Below are positions 26,420 to 38,635 of a stretch of 64,000 nucleotides of DNA, piece after piece (position 1 is the stretch's first letter; every line of letters starts with the position of its first letter). The translations under genes were made by a program, and so were the position numbers. The stretch covers positions 495,064 to 559,063 of the forward strand of contig RHPI01000797.1 of NCBI GenBank assembly GCA_009103225.1. Reading direction: 5' to 3'. This DNA is from Chlorokybus atmophyticus. Taxonomy: Eukaryota; Plantae; Mesostigma and Chlorokybus algae. Under the pieces are notes generated by a model, which ran no database searches, had not been told where the DNA came from, and saw only the letters and a program-made list of their open reading frames with translations.

Positions 26420-29345
26420 AGCGTGAAGGAGCTGGGCAGCTGTTTTGTCCCCGGTAGAAATGGCCCCCCAACACTTCGGCCTTGCCCACAAATTGGAGAT
26501 CCAGCTATAACTTAATTAGGGGTCCATATGCAAGCAACATATCCATTTTTGCACTCTTTGTGGCTGCAGCCACAACTATGTTTGGTATCGAGCTGCCATT
26601 AAGGTCAACTAGCTGGTGTGCATTAAGTTCGGTATCCGTCTTCTCTTGATAATAGCCACATCTTAAATCAAATTTTGGTTAGATCATGTATTAAAGAGAT
26701 AAATCTTAATGCATGATTTAACCAAAAATGTTACGGCCGCAATTCGCGGCGAAAAATAAAAGTTCGGTATCCGTATTTTCTTGAACTTGATAATAGCCAC
26801 ATCCTAAACTAAACTAATCTTTGGTTAGATCATGTACTAAGGAGATTAATCTCAATGCGTGATCTAACCAAAAATGTTATGGCCGCAGTTCGCGGCGAAA
26901 AACCAAAAGAGCCACAGCATACGGGTTTTCGTGTCTCCATCACCGAAGTTCAAATCTGCGCGGCAGCACCTGTTGGATTAGCAAGCAACATCATACGACT
27001 TAACAACCGACCAGCTAGACTATGACGGCACGAGGCACCCTACACCGCGTTAGTAAAACATATAACCTATGTATAACGCTGCTTCAAGTTGTCTCACGTG
27101 CCAATACATGCACCAACAGCTGCATACAACGGCACTACCGGTATATGTATATATACATATATATATATATTCATATACATATATAGTCATACATATAAAT
27201 ATATTTTTGTATATCCATGTATACACCGCGGTATTTACATATAGATACCACTTGTATCAAAAAGATAAAGGTGAAGGTGGATTGTACCACTATAAAAGTG
27301 ATTTGGGGAGGGAGACTTTGCTCCACTTGCCGTTTTGTCCAATCACAGCGCGAATTTACCGGCAAATGTTTGCATTATGCGCCCTGCGTCACCTTCTGGC
27401 GCAAGGTTGGTTGCGGAGTTCTTGTCAAGTCTTTACATGTTTACCTCATGTGCTACCACGGTTTACCAATGATTATACATGCAAGTCGCAGCCTTCTACT
27501 TGCTTGCCCCGCGGCCTGCTAGCAGCAGGCCGCGGGGCAAGCCATCAATATGCCCCGGGGTTGAATCGGCAATTTGGCAATGATGTGGTCGTAAGATTAT
27601 TATGGTTGTAACAATGGAAGGATCAATCTAGCGTTCCGAGTTGTTAAGTGTGAAGTCTCGTATCGACAATGGAATCGGTCACAATTTCAATGATGATGTG
27701 TACAGCTTTAGCATGCAAATGAAATGCATTATAATGTTATCGTCAAGTCCTCAATTGCGTTCGGGAGTAAAGACGCACTGTTAATAAATTGGTCACAACT
27801 GTAATTGCGAGTTAAACAAGTCTTTCTACCGGCCTGAACCCTTGATTACGTAAACGCCGAAACCTTAACATTCTTAGGGATTCGGTTCTTACGATCGTCA
27901 CCGGCGGATTGCCGTTTGCGACAGGTCGCAATAAGATTCCGGCTGCAGCTACAACATATATACGGATCCGTCATAAACTTTGCAAAATCCGTAAATAATG
28001 TCCGGCTTCGTCCATTACAAAGTTGCGGATCCAACCTGATCTGTCAATACCCATTTCTACCGTTGTGTTTACCAGATAGACATCGAGTTGGTGAACACTA
28101 AACCGGTGTTGCAACGACAGTACAAACTCTCTGAGTTGGAAGAAGACTTTGTGGAGCAGAGGTGCAAGGCACTGTTAGATGCAAGCCTGGTCGAGGAGTC
28201 CACATCGGACTTTGCGGCCGCGACCGTCATGCCCCTGAAGAAGGATTTAGCAGGCAACTGGCCAGACCGATGTATGTGCGGTGACAACCGCCCCCCCAAC
28301 AACAAGACCAAGCAAAGCAGGTATCCAAAGCCTACTGCAGAAGGTTTTTTTGATGATGTAGGAGACTGTACAGTCTACATCATCAACATGCGCTAAGGGT
28401 ACAACCAGATTGCCATAAAGGAGGAGGACAAGCACAAGACCTCCTTCTAGGGCAACGGGCAGCTGTATTAGTGGAAGGTTATGCGCTTTGGGCTGAAGAA
28501 TGCTCTTGCCAAGTTTCAACGCGTCATGGACAAAGCCCTTAAGGGATTGAACTTCGCATGCTGCTACATCGACGACATCCTCATCTTCAGTTGCAGCAAT
28601 GAGGAGCATCTCAGGCATATTGAGGAGGTGCTCAGAGATTGAAGGAAGTAGGGATGACGGTGCACCCCAACAAGTGCAACTTTTTAACCCACAAGATACC
28701 TTACCTAGGGCACATGATTGTGCCCCACGGTGTGTATGTACAGCAGGCCAAGGTGGAGGCACTAGTGGCTATCCCTGCCCCCACAGATCTCACGCAACTG
28801 CATGCTTTCCTTGGCCTCGCCAATTGCTACAGACGGTTCGTCAAAGACTTTGCGAAGATTGTGCGGCCACCCAACGAGCTGCTGAAGAGAGACACGGAGT
28901 TCCCATGGAAGGAGGCACAACAAAAGGCCTTTAAGAAGCCGAAGCTCCGACTCACTACAGCTCCCATTCTTCAGCGACCTGAATACGACAGGTCATTCGT
29001 TATGCACACAGATTGGAGCAAGCTCGGCATAGGAGCAATGCTCGTGCAGCACAATCACAACAAGAAGGAGGGCGTATTGTCGTATACCAGCCGCAGCAAC
29101 AACAGCGCTGAGGCCAACTACATCAGCTACGAGGGGAGTGTCTCACCGCAGTATGGGCCATCTCCTTTTTCCGCCCCTTTCTGTTTGGACGGCAGTTTCA
29201 ACTGATTACCAACCACTGAAGTGGCTGATAACCAACTAGCACCTGACAGGCAAGCTGACACGGTGGGCACTACTGCTGCAGGAGTATAACTTTGAGGTGG
29301 AGCATCGGGCAGGCCTGTCCAACCAGGACGCAGACGGCCTTAGTG
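26420..29345 (+). pseudogene. Reverse transcriptase-RNase H of the DNMT-Gypsy, split by the 26449-28065 insertion
   Basis: Removing the insertion and one TGT restores VKELGSCFVYQIDIELVNTKPVLQRQYKLSELEE in frame. Then ATVMPLKKD, MRFGLKNA, YIDDILIF, YLGHMI, FLGLANCYRRFVKDFAKI, ALLLQEYNFEVEHRAG. Confidence 0.92.
26449..28065 (-). mobile_element. Non-autonomous CACTA/CMC-like TIR element, copy 2, inverted relative to copy 1
   Basis: TIRs CCCCGGTAGAAATGG / CCATTTCTACCGTTG; 3-bp TSD TGT; reverse-complement homology to 22511-24560 along its length; internal tandem duplication of about 135 bp (26625-26905). Confidence 0.88.
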
Positions 29346-29719
29346 GCACCCCCACCTCAGCACTAACGATGCGACAGGAGCCCGACACGAGTTGGGTCCA
29401 ACAGTCACACCTCCAGGTGTAGCGGCCATGTTCGCTGTCGCTGCGCTATATTCAGGACGCAAGGCCCAGGCCACTGAGGCAGCAGCAGACGAGGACGTGC
29501 CTTCTCTCGCGCCCACCGTCACAGACCCCATAGAGAAAGCGCTTGCCGCCGACACTGAGGTGGACGATGAGGAGCTGGCACCCACCGACATACGACATCT
29601 AGCTTGACCAGCCATCCCTCGCACTGCTCTGAACTGGACAATTTTCAGCAGGCATGAGCGCACGTGGGAAGGACCGCGTTAGTCAACGCACTCAGCGCTA
29701 TCGCTAAGCCAACGACGAA

Positions 29720-31023
29720 TTGTATCGACGAATACATCATGAGGACAAGGAGGTCCCAACACCAGCTGCGCGAGAAGGCATGATTGCTGCCTTTTACACC
29801 GAGCTCGGACACTTCGGTGTTAAGCGCACGACCAATCTGGCCAGGACTCAGTATTGGTGGTATGGGTGCACAAACATGTGTGCGAGTTTGTCAACGACTG
29901 CATGCAGTGTGACATGGTCAGCGCGAGCCTCAACGCGCGCAACGCCACCTTGTATCCCCTCCCCATCTCGGGACTATGATACTGCTGGGGACTGGACATC
30001 CTCGGGGACTTATCGCCCTCAGCACGAGGCAACCGTTACATCCTCGTCATGATCGAGCACATCTCCAAGTGGGTGGAGCTGGTGCCCCTGCCCGACATAA
30101 ACAGCTAGGGAGTAGCCCAGGCTTTCCTCCCCGATGTACTCGGACGCTTCGGCAGCTGTGCTAAAGTCATCACCGACCAAGGTACGAAGTTCAGAGGAGT
30201 TTGACAAGCTCATGGACAGATACTTTATCGACCATCGTCGTACCTCACGCGACCATCCACAAGCCGATGGTCTCGCTGAGCGTACCGTGCAGACCATCAA
30301 AAAGGCTTTGCAAGTACGTCCTCGACTACGAGAAGAGCACATGGGATGACCACCTCCCATGGGTAGCACTGGGGTACCGGCTGTCCAAGCAGGCAGCACT
30401 GCGGGAGTACAACCCATACTATTTGTTATTTGGAAGATAGCCATTTCTCCCTTTTGGTGCACAGCAAGAGGTCGACAGAGTGGTGGACAATCTCGACGAG
30501 ATGATGTATAATCTGACAGTGCGCAACGCTATGTTCAAGCACACTGTCCCCATGGCCTTCAATAACTTGCGCATCGCTCAGCACCGCGACACGCTTTGCT
30601 ATGAGCGTATGCACAACGGGTTTCACAAGGAGTGAGAACGCCGCTTCCATCCAGAAGACTACGTCTACCGCATGGCGACCACACGCGACACCCTCGACAC
30701 CTCCGTCGGGCGCGCTGTCTATAAGGTATTGAAGGTGTATCCCACATGGGTACTGGACCTTCTGGGACAACAAGGCGAGCGCATGAAGGACAATATAGTG
30801 AACTGCGTGCCCTGTCATCTCCCCTACGTTGCTGGCTTCAAATAAATCTAGCACCCGCTGCGAGAAATGTGGCAGTGCCGACAACGACCCGGTTAAGCTG
30901 TTATGCGAAGGCTGCAACCAAGGCACGCATTGTTATTGCCTTAACCCTCCATTAGACAAGGTGCCGCTGTGGGAGTATTGGTGCGATGACTGCCGCATTA
31001 ACGGTCCCTCATACAGTCGGTAG
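29720..31023 (+). pseudogene. Integrase with C-terminal PHD finger of the DNMT-Gypsy
   Basis: Zinc-binding region ELGHFGVKRTT...CMQC; core WGLDILG, IEHISKWVELVP, VITDQG, DGLAERTVQTIKKAL; C4HC3 finger CEKC-x11-CEGC-x4-H-x2-C-x14-CDDC at 30859-30993. Confidence 0.88.
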
Positions 31024-31299
31024 GAGCTGAGTCAAGAGGAGAGGAGTGGAGCAGGAGGCTACCCTAGAACCTCAGGGGGGTGGCTTGTTGACTGTGTGTA
31101 CTACAGCATACTAGGTACAGTAAGGAGGATAGCGTCACCAGCTCTACTACTGATCAGATCCTCACATAGGTTCAGCCCTGAGCCTATGCCTATGGTTGGG
31201 GGGTTGTCTTTGTTTGTGTTGCTCTAATGCTGCGCGTAGCACCAACATGCCCACATGGGCGCTCGTTTGCAGTGTGCCCAAGATGGCGTGACCCTCGAC

Positions 31300-31645
31300 C
31301 ATGGCAGGCACGACAGTTGAGCACTACTTGACAGCATTGAAGCGCCCAGTTGGTGAGCGCATTGCTGTTGATGAGTTGCTCATGCCTGACGCTCTCGCCG
31401 AGTGGGCGAGATAAACCGAGGATGGTGCGGCCAAGACATTGAAAGCGCTATTTAAGTTCCTTGTGGAGCGCTATGGTGGCATGGATCCGGCTACACCGGC
31501 TCGCAACAAGCTCAACAAGTTGCGACAGAATCGTCGGGCGTCTTTAATCTATCCGCGGGAGTTCCAAGCATAGGTGGGTCGCGCGAACAGTGGCGTCGTG
31601 CCCATGGGCAAAGATGAGCAGTTTGAATTGTCACAAGCGCGCCTT
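31300..31645 (+). pseudogene. Gypsy gag fragment
   Basis: HYLTALKRPVGERIAVDELLMPDALAEW...ERYGGMDPATPARNKLNKLRQN resembles the gag of the 34254-41251 element (HYVNSL...ELLIPNDALAEW...EQHYGGAGPAQVARN). Confidence 0.7.
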
Positions 31646-31990
31646 TTTGCCGTGTGCGCACTCGGCTGAGGGTAACGCTTTCCATTCACCCCCCTGCGGC
31701 TTGGCCGCAGCTGCCACATGTGCCTTCTCCTGCACCGCTGTGTTATCACTGTTCAAATACACGCTCAACTTCTGCAGGTTGGCGAAATCCTCAGAAACTC
31801 AAGGAAGTCCCGTCGCCGTGTTGTATTGCAGCTGATCGCGCACACGCGCATCCAAGCCGCGCTTGTACAATTCGGACTGCTCAGCCTTGTCCATGAGCAT
31901 GAGGCCACGGTTCACGCGACCCACCAATGCTTGGAACTCCTGCAGAGAGATTGAAACCTCCCGGCCATTCTGTCGCAGCTCTAGACTCTG
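31646..31990 (-). pseudogene. Gypsy gag fragment of the same family, opposite strand
   Basis: LRQNGREVSISLQEFQALVGRVNRGLMLMDKAEQSELYKRGLDARVRDQLQ. Confidence 0.7.
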
Positions 31991-32447
31991 GCGGTCTCAC
32001 CGCACTTATCGGCGGCTGAAATAGCCGATATTGCCATCGAACTGCCCCCAAGGGATTTGTATTTTGTTAAGATATATATCCCTTCACAATACCACGTGGT
32101 GGCAAGCACATACAAGAGAAGCAAAATATGTTATTAAGTAGGGGATGCGTTGAGATGCACTGCTTGGGGGGGGGGGGGGGGGGGGGNCCTGAGTGGCCGC
32201 CTCCCCTAACAACAAATTAGGCTAGGCAGGGCAAGGCAAGCTAGGCTAGGCTAGGCAAGGCAAGGCAAAGCAAACCAGGCTAGGCAAGTTAAGCACCAGC
32301 AGGAGCGCTTGTTACATTCACAACTAATCAATACCACTAGTTGCCGCCGCCGCTGCTGCTGCAGTTGCTGCCGCCTGCGGTTTGCCGCCTGCGGCCGCTG
32401 TTGCTGCTGCCTGCCGCCGCCCCTCCCACATGCCCCTCGCCGCCCGT

Positions 32448-32748
32448 GCTCCGATACCAATGTCAAGAAGGGGTGCTACCGCCCCTTCTAATCCCCTACT
32501 TCAACACCGCCACCAGCCAGGCCGTTGACACCGCCGCCGCCAGGGGCAACTGCCAGAGCAGAAGATCCCTTGGCTATGACGGCCGCTATGTTAGCAGTGC
32601 CGCCATACAGCTGATATTGACACGAGACTCATGTCATTAGTCTCATGTCATCAATGTTACAGATAAGTAACACTACATTAGGGCCTTAACATTAGTTAAC
32701 GGCCCTAATACGGCTTAAGTGATTGTATATACCCGTAAGGACCCTTAT
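32448..32748 (-). mobile_element. 5' LTR plus PBS of a minus-strand Gypsy remnant whose gag fragment lies at 31646-31990
   Basis: LTR ends ...TTGACA at 32461 and is followed by PBS TTGGTATCGGAGC (32460-32448). Homologous to 8852-9141. Confidence 0.7.
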
Positions 32749-34930
32749 TTAATACGAGGAACCTCTATAGAGGTAGCACTCCTCTTGGCACCATTACCAC
32801 CATACCAAAAGTGTTGTGCTTCTTTTGCAACTCAATCAAGGCATGCAACACATTGATAAGCATGTTAAATTTCACATGTACCAGCACACAAGCGCTCTCT
32901 TACACTTTTTCAACATTAACAAGTGGCAACTTGTTATGTGCTTGCCATGCATGTGTCATTACATGCACTTGGGACCGATCATCAAACCAGTTTGCTATAT
33001 GCATATCAAGCAATCAGCTATTAACCATCTCTACACCAGTCACGGCGTAATCGAATTAAACCTTCTTGGCCTTGCCCTTTGCCTTAATAGGGCGGTTCTT
33101 TGCAATGTGGCCCGGCTGATGACAGACGGAACAAGTGCGAGCCGCAGCAGGTTGTGTAGCACCACCTGCAGATGTGCCACCAGTATAATGTCACGATTTG
33201 AGATAGGTTGTGACACAAGTCCTAGAGACCTTCAAACCGATACAGCAGTAGGTTGTGACAAGCAGGCAAGCCAGCAGCGAGTATCCAGCTGCAGAGTGTT
33301 GGGAGAAGGCATGGAAGCCGAGGTTTAGTCCGAGGGCAGCCTCTAACAGCATGCGCGACATGGTGAATGTCTACATGTAAGCGGAAGTTCTGCTTCCCAC
33401 ACTTGCTCACCTTGTGCTCACCTCTTCTTGTCTGTTTATTATGACGGTAGCCAACCGCTTGCACACTACGTAGAAGAGGTGTATGTATCGTTCACCATCC
33501 CCTTCCGCCCATAACTTAGCTGCGCAACTCGAGCACAAGCACACTCTTTGCATACCCCTTTTGCTGCATGGCTATCATGTCATACATGAAGTTTGTACAC
33601 AAGATGCAAAGCACGTTTTGCATGTGCGAATATGCATGTGAATGGTAAGTGCTGCGTTATGCACCGAGATATGCACTCCAATATATATCACGACCCCCAA
33701 CTTCGCTTGTTTTGCAATGTTGTACCTAGGTGAGGGCTTTCTTTCGAGGGACCCTCGCAAATTGCCTGTCATTCACCTTGCAGTATACACATGAGTAAAA
33801 GCCTATGTTTTGTGTTTGAAATTACGTTAGAGCATGACAATACAAATGCGCTTATAAAGCAAACACTGTTTGCTTAATAATCGCTGCATTCATATCAGTA
33901 TGCTATACCATTGCAAAACGATGAGTCCTAATACAGGGTTGCAGGAGTTCTGTAAGCAATCACAAGAACTGTCATCACCGTGGTGAGATCTGACTGTGGC
34001 TGCACCTACAATTACCTCACCCAATCACACAGACACAGCGAGCAAGTTGCCGTCTGGCACTTAATGCACCTAATTCCATTCCGTAAGGCTGGATCGATTA
34101 CTCCATTTACAATAATACATGTTGCAAGCGTCTGAAGTGGACGCCCACAACTCATAAATGTCAAACGAGGATGAAGGCTGAAAGGTAATTAACCAAGAGT
34201 ATCAAACATTTGTTGCATGTGTTTGCGTTTATGAATAGGTATGAAGGGATAGGTGTAACAGCACCACCGTCGCCGGTGATGCCCCTTCAATCCTCTACCC
34301 CAACACCCACACCGCCTATGACAAGCCTTTCAACGGCGTGGCCGCCACTGAGCAGAGAACTGAAAGTCCCCACATCAGATTGATGTGACCTTTTATAACA
34401 AGAGTATATCAATTATATACCTCTCGATAATTAATTAACTCACAACTAGACATCGACCCTACAGATAGGGTAGTTAGGAAATCTAGCGTGAGCCAATCAC
34501 AGCTCAGATAAGGTACTTATCGATAAGGTACCTATCCAAAGATACCTATCGTAAGGTACCGAACGAGATAGTGATCACATTATATCAGATGTGACACTAA
34601 ATAGGCTTGAATAAGCGGTTCTACACCCATTGGGACTTATTTAAGCTATGATAAAGCATCATAACCTATAATAAGCGAGGAACCGTAGAAAAGAGGTATA
34701 AATAAGCATATTTAAATACTTATCCATACAAAATGTGTTATTTAGGTATCAATAATACCCCTATTATTATTGCTCCCGTTACATTCCCCCCCACTTAAGT
34801 TTTCAACGTCCTCGTTGAACTCAAGTTGATCAGGCTTGATTTCGAGTAATTGTAACCAGTGAGATAGCAGGAAATGACAGGGTGGTAATGAAACTGCACT
34901 GCCAGTCTGTCATAAAACCAAGCCCACAGT

Positions 34931-37900
34931 TTATGGGACGGGACATGAATCCCAATAAGCTCGAAGCAACTCGCGGCAGTGCGTAAGATGCCTGTCGAGC
35001 TCCCAATTGTTATGTTCCGGCCCATACCCTTTCCATTTCACCAAATAGCGAGTTGCGCGTCCTCGACTATTTAGCTTATGGTTCAATATAGCTTCCACCT
35101 CGTATTCGAGCTCGCTGTCCACCTCAACTGGCGGTGGTGGAGGCTGTGTTCTACCGTCTGAGCGGTAAGGTTTCAACAAGTTCACATGGAACACGTTGTG
35201 TATACGCACACTTGGGGGCAATTGCAGTCGATAAGCGTGCGTACCAACTCTATCAGTGATAGAGAAAGGACATAACCATCGGGGCAGCAACTTGCGAGCA
35301 CCCGTACCTTTGATGGTTTACCGCCGACATCGAAAGTGGCCATTTTTCGATGTGTATCAGCATAAGCTTTTTGCCTGTCCGGTGCTTCTGACAGACACAG
35401 CTTGGCTCGAGCCAAATTTTCTTGCATATCAGTGGCAAATTCCTTTGCCGCTGGTACAGTCAGGGCATTGCGAGGTACACGCAATGACGCTGGTGTGTTT
35501 GGGCGAATCCCATAATTCAAGAAAAATGGGGTTTCCTTTACACTTTCCTGCCACGCGTTGTTCACAGCGAACTCTGCCATTGGCACGTACCTGTCCCAAT
35601 CAGCATGATTAAGAGCCACATAGTGGCGAAGCATTTCTTCCAGTATTTGATTTGCTCGCTCAGTTTGACCGTCCGTTTGCGGGTGGAAAGCAGTCGACAT
35701 GCTTTGTTTTACCCCCAACAATTCACAGACTTCTCGCCAAAACTTAGAGACAAACCGAGGATCACGATCTGTGACAAATTTACTGGGTACACCGTGAACG
35801 CGAAAGACCGTGGACACAAATAAGTGTGCCAAGTCCCGTGCACTTACAGTTGTGCGACACGGGGCAAAGTGCACCATTTTTGTCAAACGGTCGACAAAAA
35901 CCACAATAGCAGTGTATTTAACTGCTGTTTCAGGTAGGTCAGTAATCAAATCCATACTGACACTATCCCACTTTTGTTCTGAAATTGCCAATGGTTTAAG
36001 CAATCCCGCTTGTTTTTGTCGCAGTGGCTTATTACGTTGACACACGTCACATGTGCGAACATATCGATCCACGTCAGCTGACATTGACGGTCACCAGTAT
36101 AACTGTTGCGCAGATTTGAGTGTTTTGTGTTTCCCCAAATGCCCAGCATACGGCGGGTCATGCACTGCATGTAAGCATTGCTTACGTAAGTCGCCCGAGT
36201 TGGGAATTGCCAACTGCTCCCCTTTATACCACAGATTGCTAACAGCAGTAAGCTGTTGCAAATTGGTTTGACTGCTAAACCAATCATCTGAGTTATAACC
36301 TGCGGACACTTCCTTTAAGAAAGGATCTTCAGGCTGTTGTACATTACGCGTACTTCGAGAGCGCGTAAGTGCAAAAAGAGCAGGGCTGCGACTTAGTGGA
36401 TCCGCCACATTGGTGCGACCCGGACGGTATTGCCAAGTGAAAGTGAAACGAGAAATGAATTCATTCCACCTAGCTTGCCGCCTCGACAGATTTTGTTGCG
36501 TATGAAAGAATGTGAGCGGGTTGTAATCAGTTATCACTGAAAACTCCACCCCTTCCAAGTAGCAACGCCATGTGCGCAGCGCGTGCACCACCCCGAGCAA
36601 TTCCTGCTCAGTGGTTGTGTAATTTCGTTCAGCAGGAATGAACTTTCTGCTTTCAAATGCACATGGTCTGTCATCCTGTGGAAGGACTGCCCCACACCCA
36701 ATGGTGGAAGCATCACTGATCACCACAAAAGGCTTGGTGTGGTTGGGGAAGGCTAACACAGGGGCTTGCGTTAATGCATCTTTGATGCGTATAAAAGCAA
36801 CCTCATGTGCCTCCGTCTACAAAAATTTAACATCTTTTCTTAGTAATAATGTTAAAGGATTTGCCATGCCAGAAAATGCTCGCCTGAACTTGCGGAAATA
36901 ATTGGCTAGCCCCAAGAAAGCACGTAACTGATGTACATCCTTGGGTGGTGGCCAATCCTTTACCGCACACACCTTGAGGATCTGGTTTCAATCCTTCTTT
37001 GCCAATCACATGCCCTAAAAAGGGTAGTTCATCCTTTGCAAAGTTGCATTTGGACAGGTTGGCATAGTATTTGTGTTTGCATAATTTAGCTAGAACCAAT
37101 TCCACATGTTTGTGGTGGTCCTCCCGGGTTTTGCTGAACACAATAATGTCGTCTAGATATACCAGTACAAACTTGTACAATTCATCAGCAAATACCGCGT
37201 TCATTGCTGTCTAAAATGTAGCCGGTGCATTTGTTAACCCAAATGGTAACACTTTATACTCAAAGTGTCCTAGTGGGGTACGAAATGCAGTTTTTTGTAT
37301 ATCCGACGGGTGGATTTTGATTTGATGATAACCACTGGTCAACTCCAGCGTGCTGAACACTGTTGCACCTGACAGCTTATCAAACAAATCATCAATCCGA
37401 GGCAAAGGGTATCTGTTTTTCACAGTGACCTTGTTCAACGCACGGTAATCAATACACATGCATAGCTTGCCATTTTTTTTGGGCACAAGCAAAATTGGTG
37501 CACCAAAAGGAGATATGCTCTTTGTTATTAAACCTTTGTCCAATAACTCTTTGAGCTGTTTTTCCATCTCCGCGTGTTCTAAGGGACTTAGCCTGTATAT
37601 AGGCCGCCAAGGTGGCTTTGCCCCCTCTTCTAACGGAATGGTATGATGTATGTTTCGATCGGGAGGCAACTCTGGGAGTTCATCCTGAAATACATCTGCG
37701 TATTGTTCCGTAAGTGACTGCACCATAGGGTCATTGATAGCCTGTTCAGCAGGTGTTTCCACCTGTCGTAAGTGCAGTAAGTATACTTCCTCACGTTTAC
37801 GCATGCAACGTTTCAATTGCATAGCAGAGAGGAGCGGAACATTATCGCGTGGTATACGTGCGAGTACAGATGCTGTTAAAGTCATCCTACGTTTCCCTTT

Positions 37901-38632
37901 ACGAAGGGTGCACGTATTGGCTCGAGAGTCTAATTGTAAACCTGCTTCAGTGTGCCATTGTTCCCCTAAAACAACATCCACCCCGGGGATACCAATATCC
38001 ACCACGATGAAGGCTGGTCGGGTTATATGGCCATTAATAACAAAACGCCCTTTTACCTCTCCCATTGCATTGAGAGTGGAACCAGCAGCACGCACATATG
38101 ACGTGACTGGTGTGAAAGGAATGTTATTACGTTTCACCCAAGCATGTTCAACAAAGTTATGGTTTGCACCAGTATCAAACAATGCTGTACATGGTGTACC
38201 CATAAGTTGACTCTCCAATCTCCATTTGAGTGGCACTGAGTGAACATCAATTGTAGCTAATGTCGGAGTGTCGTGATTGGTAGCAGACTTGATAAAGATC
38301 ACTTGCAACGGTGAAGCTCCTGTATCTTTGCGTGAGAGTTGCATGATTACTTCTCCCCCTTTCAACAATCGCGACCACGGGCCATGATATCGAGGGATAA
38401 CTACACATGCAGTGACAGCATGTTGTAATTGCAACTCGTGTAAGTGCTTAACAGCGGTTACTAATTCAGAGAATGGAACATTGATTAAAACACAACCGTT
38501 TGCATTTCTCAACACAGGTGGTGTGCTCGTATCAGTCCATACATCTGATACATTACAAAGAGAGGAAACTTTATCAAGAAGTACAGAGTTTTTAAAGTCG
38601 TTCTGCTCGACTAAGCTACCAACCACGGACAA
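34931..38632 (-). pseudogene. Chromovirus pol (PR-RT-RNaseH-INT-chromodomain) with stops and frameshifts
   Basis: [11 protein letters not shown]; [27 protein letters not shown]; YLDD; SDASTIGCGAVL; SVSMDLITDLP; VTDRDPRF; HPQTDGQTER; YEVEAILNHK...YLVKWKGYGPEHNNWE. Stop at 37211-37213. Confidence 0.95.
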
Positions 38633-38635
38633 TTC

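Larger units (their letters stand above)
21300..31080 (+). mobile_element. Decayed Ty3/Gypsy LTR retrotransposon: gag?-PR-DNMT-RT-RNaseH-INT-PHD; boundaries approximate, LTR pair not found
   Basis: Protease LDSG 22421-22432; C5-MTase motifs 25185-26130; RT YIDD 28565-28576; RNase H MHTDWSKLGIGAMLVQ; integrase HFGVKRT, VITDQG, HPQADGLAERTVQTIK; PHD 30859-30993; purine tract CAGGGGGG ending at 31080. Many stops and frameshifts. Confidence 0.9.

Noticed and set aside
31081-31240. 3' LTR of the DNMT-Gypsy
   Set aside because: Follows a plausible PPT, but no upstream partner repeat or TSD could be found.
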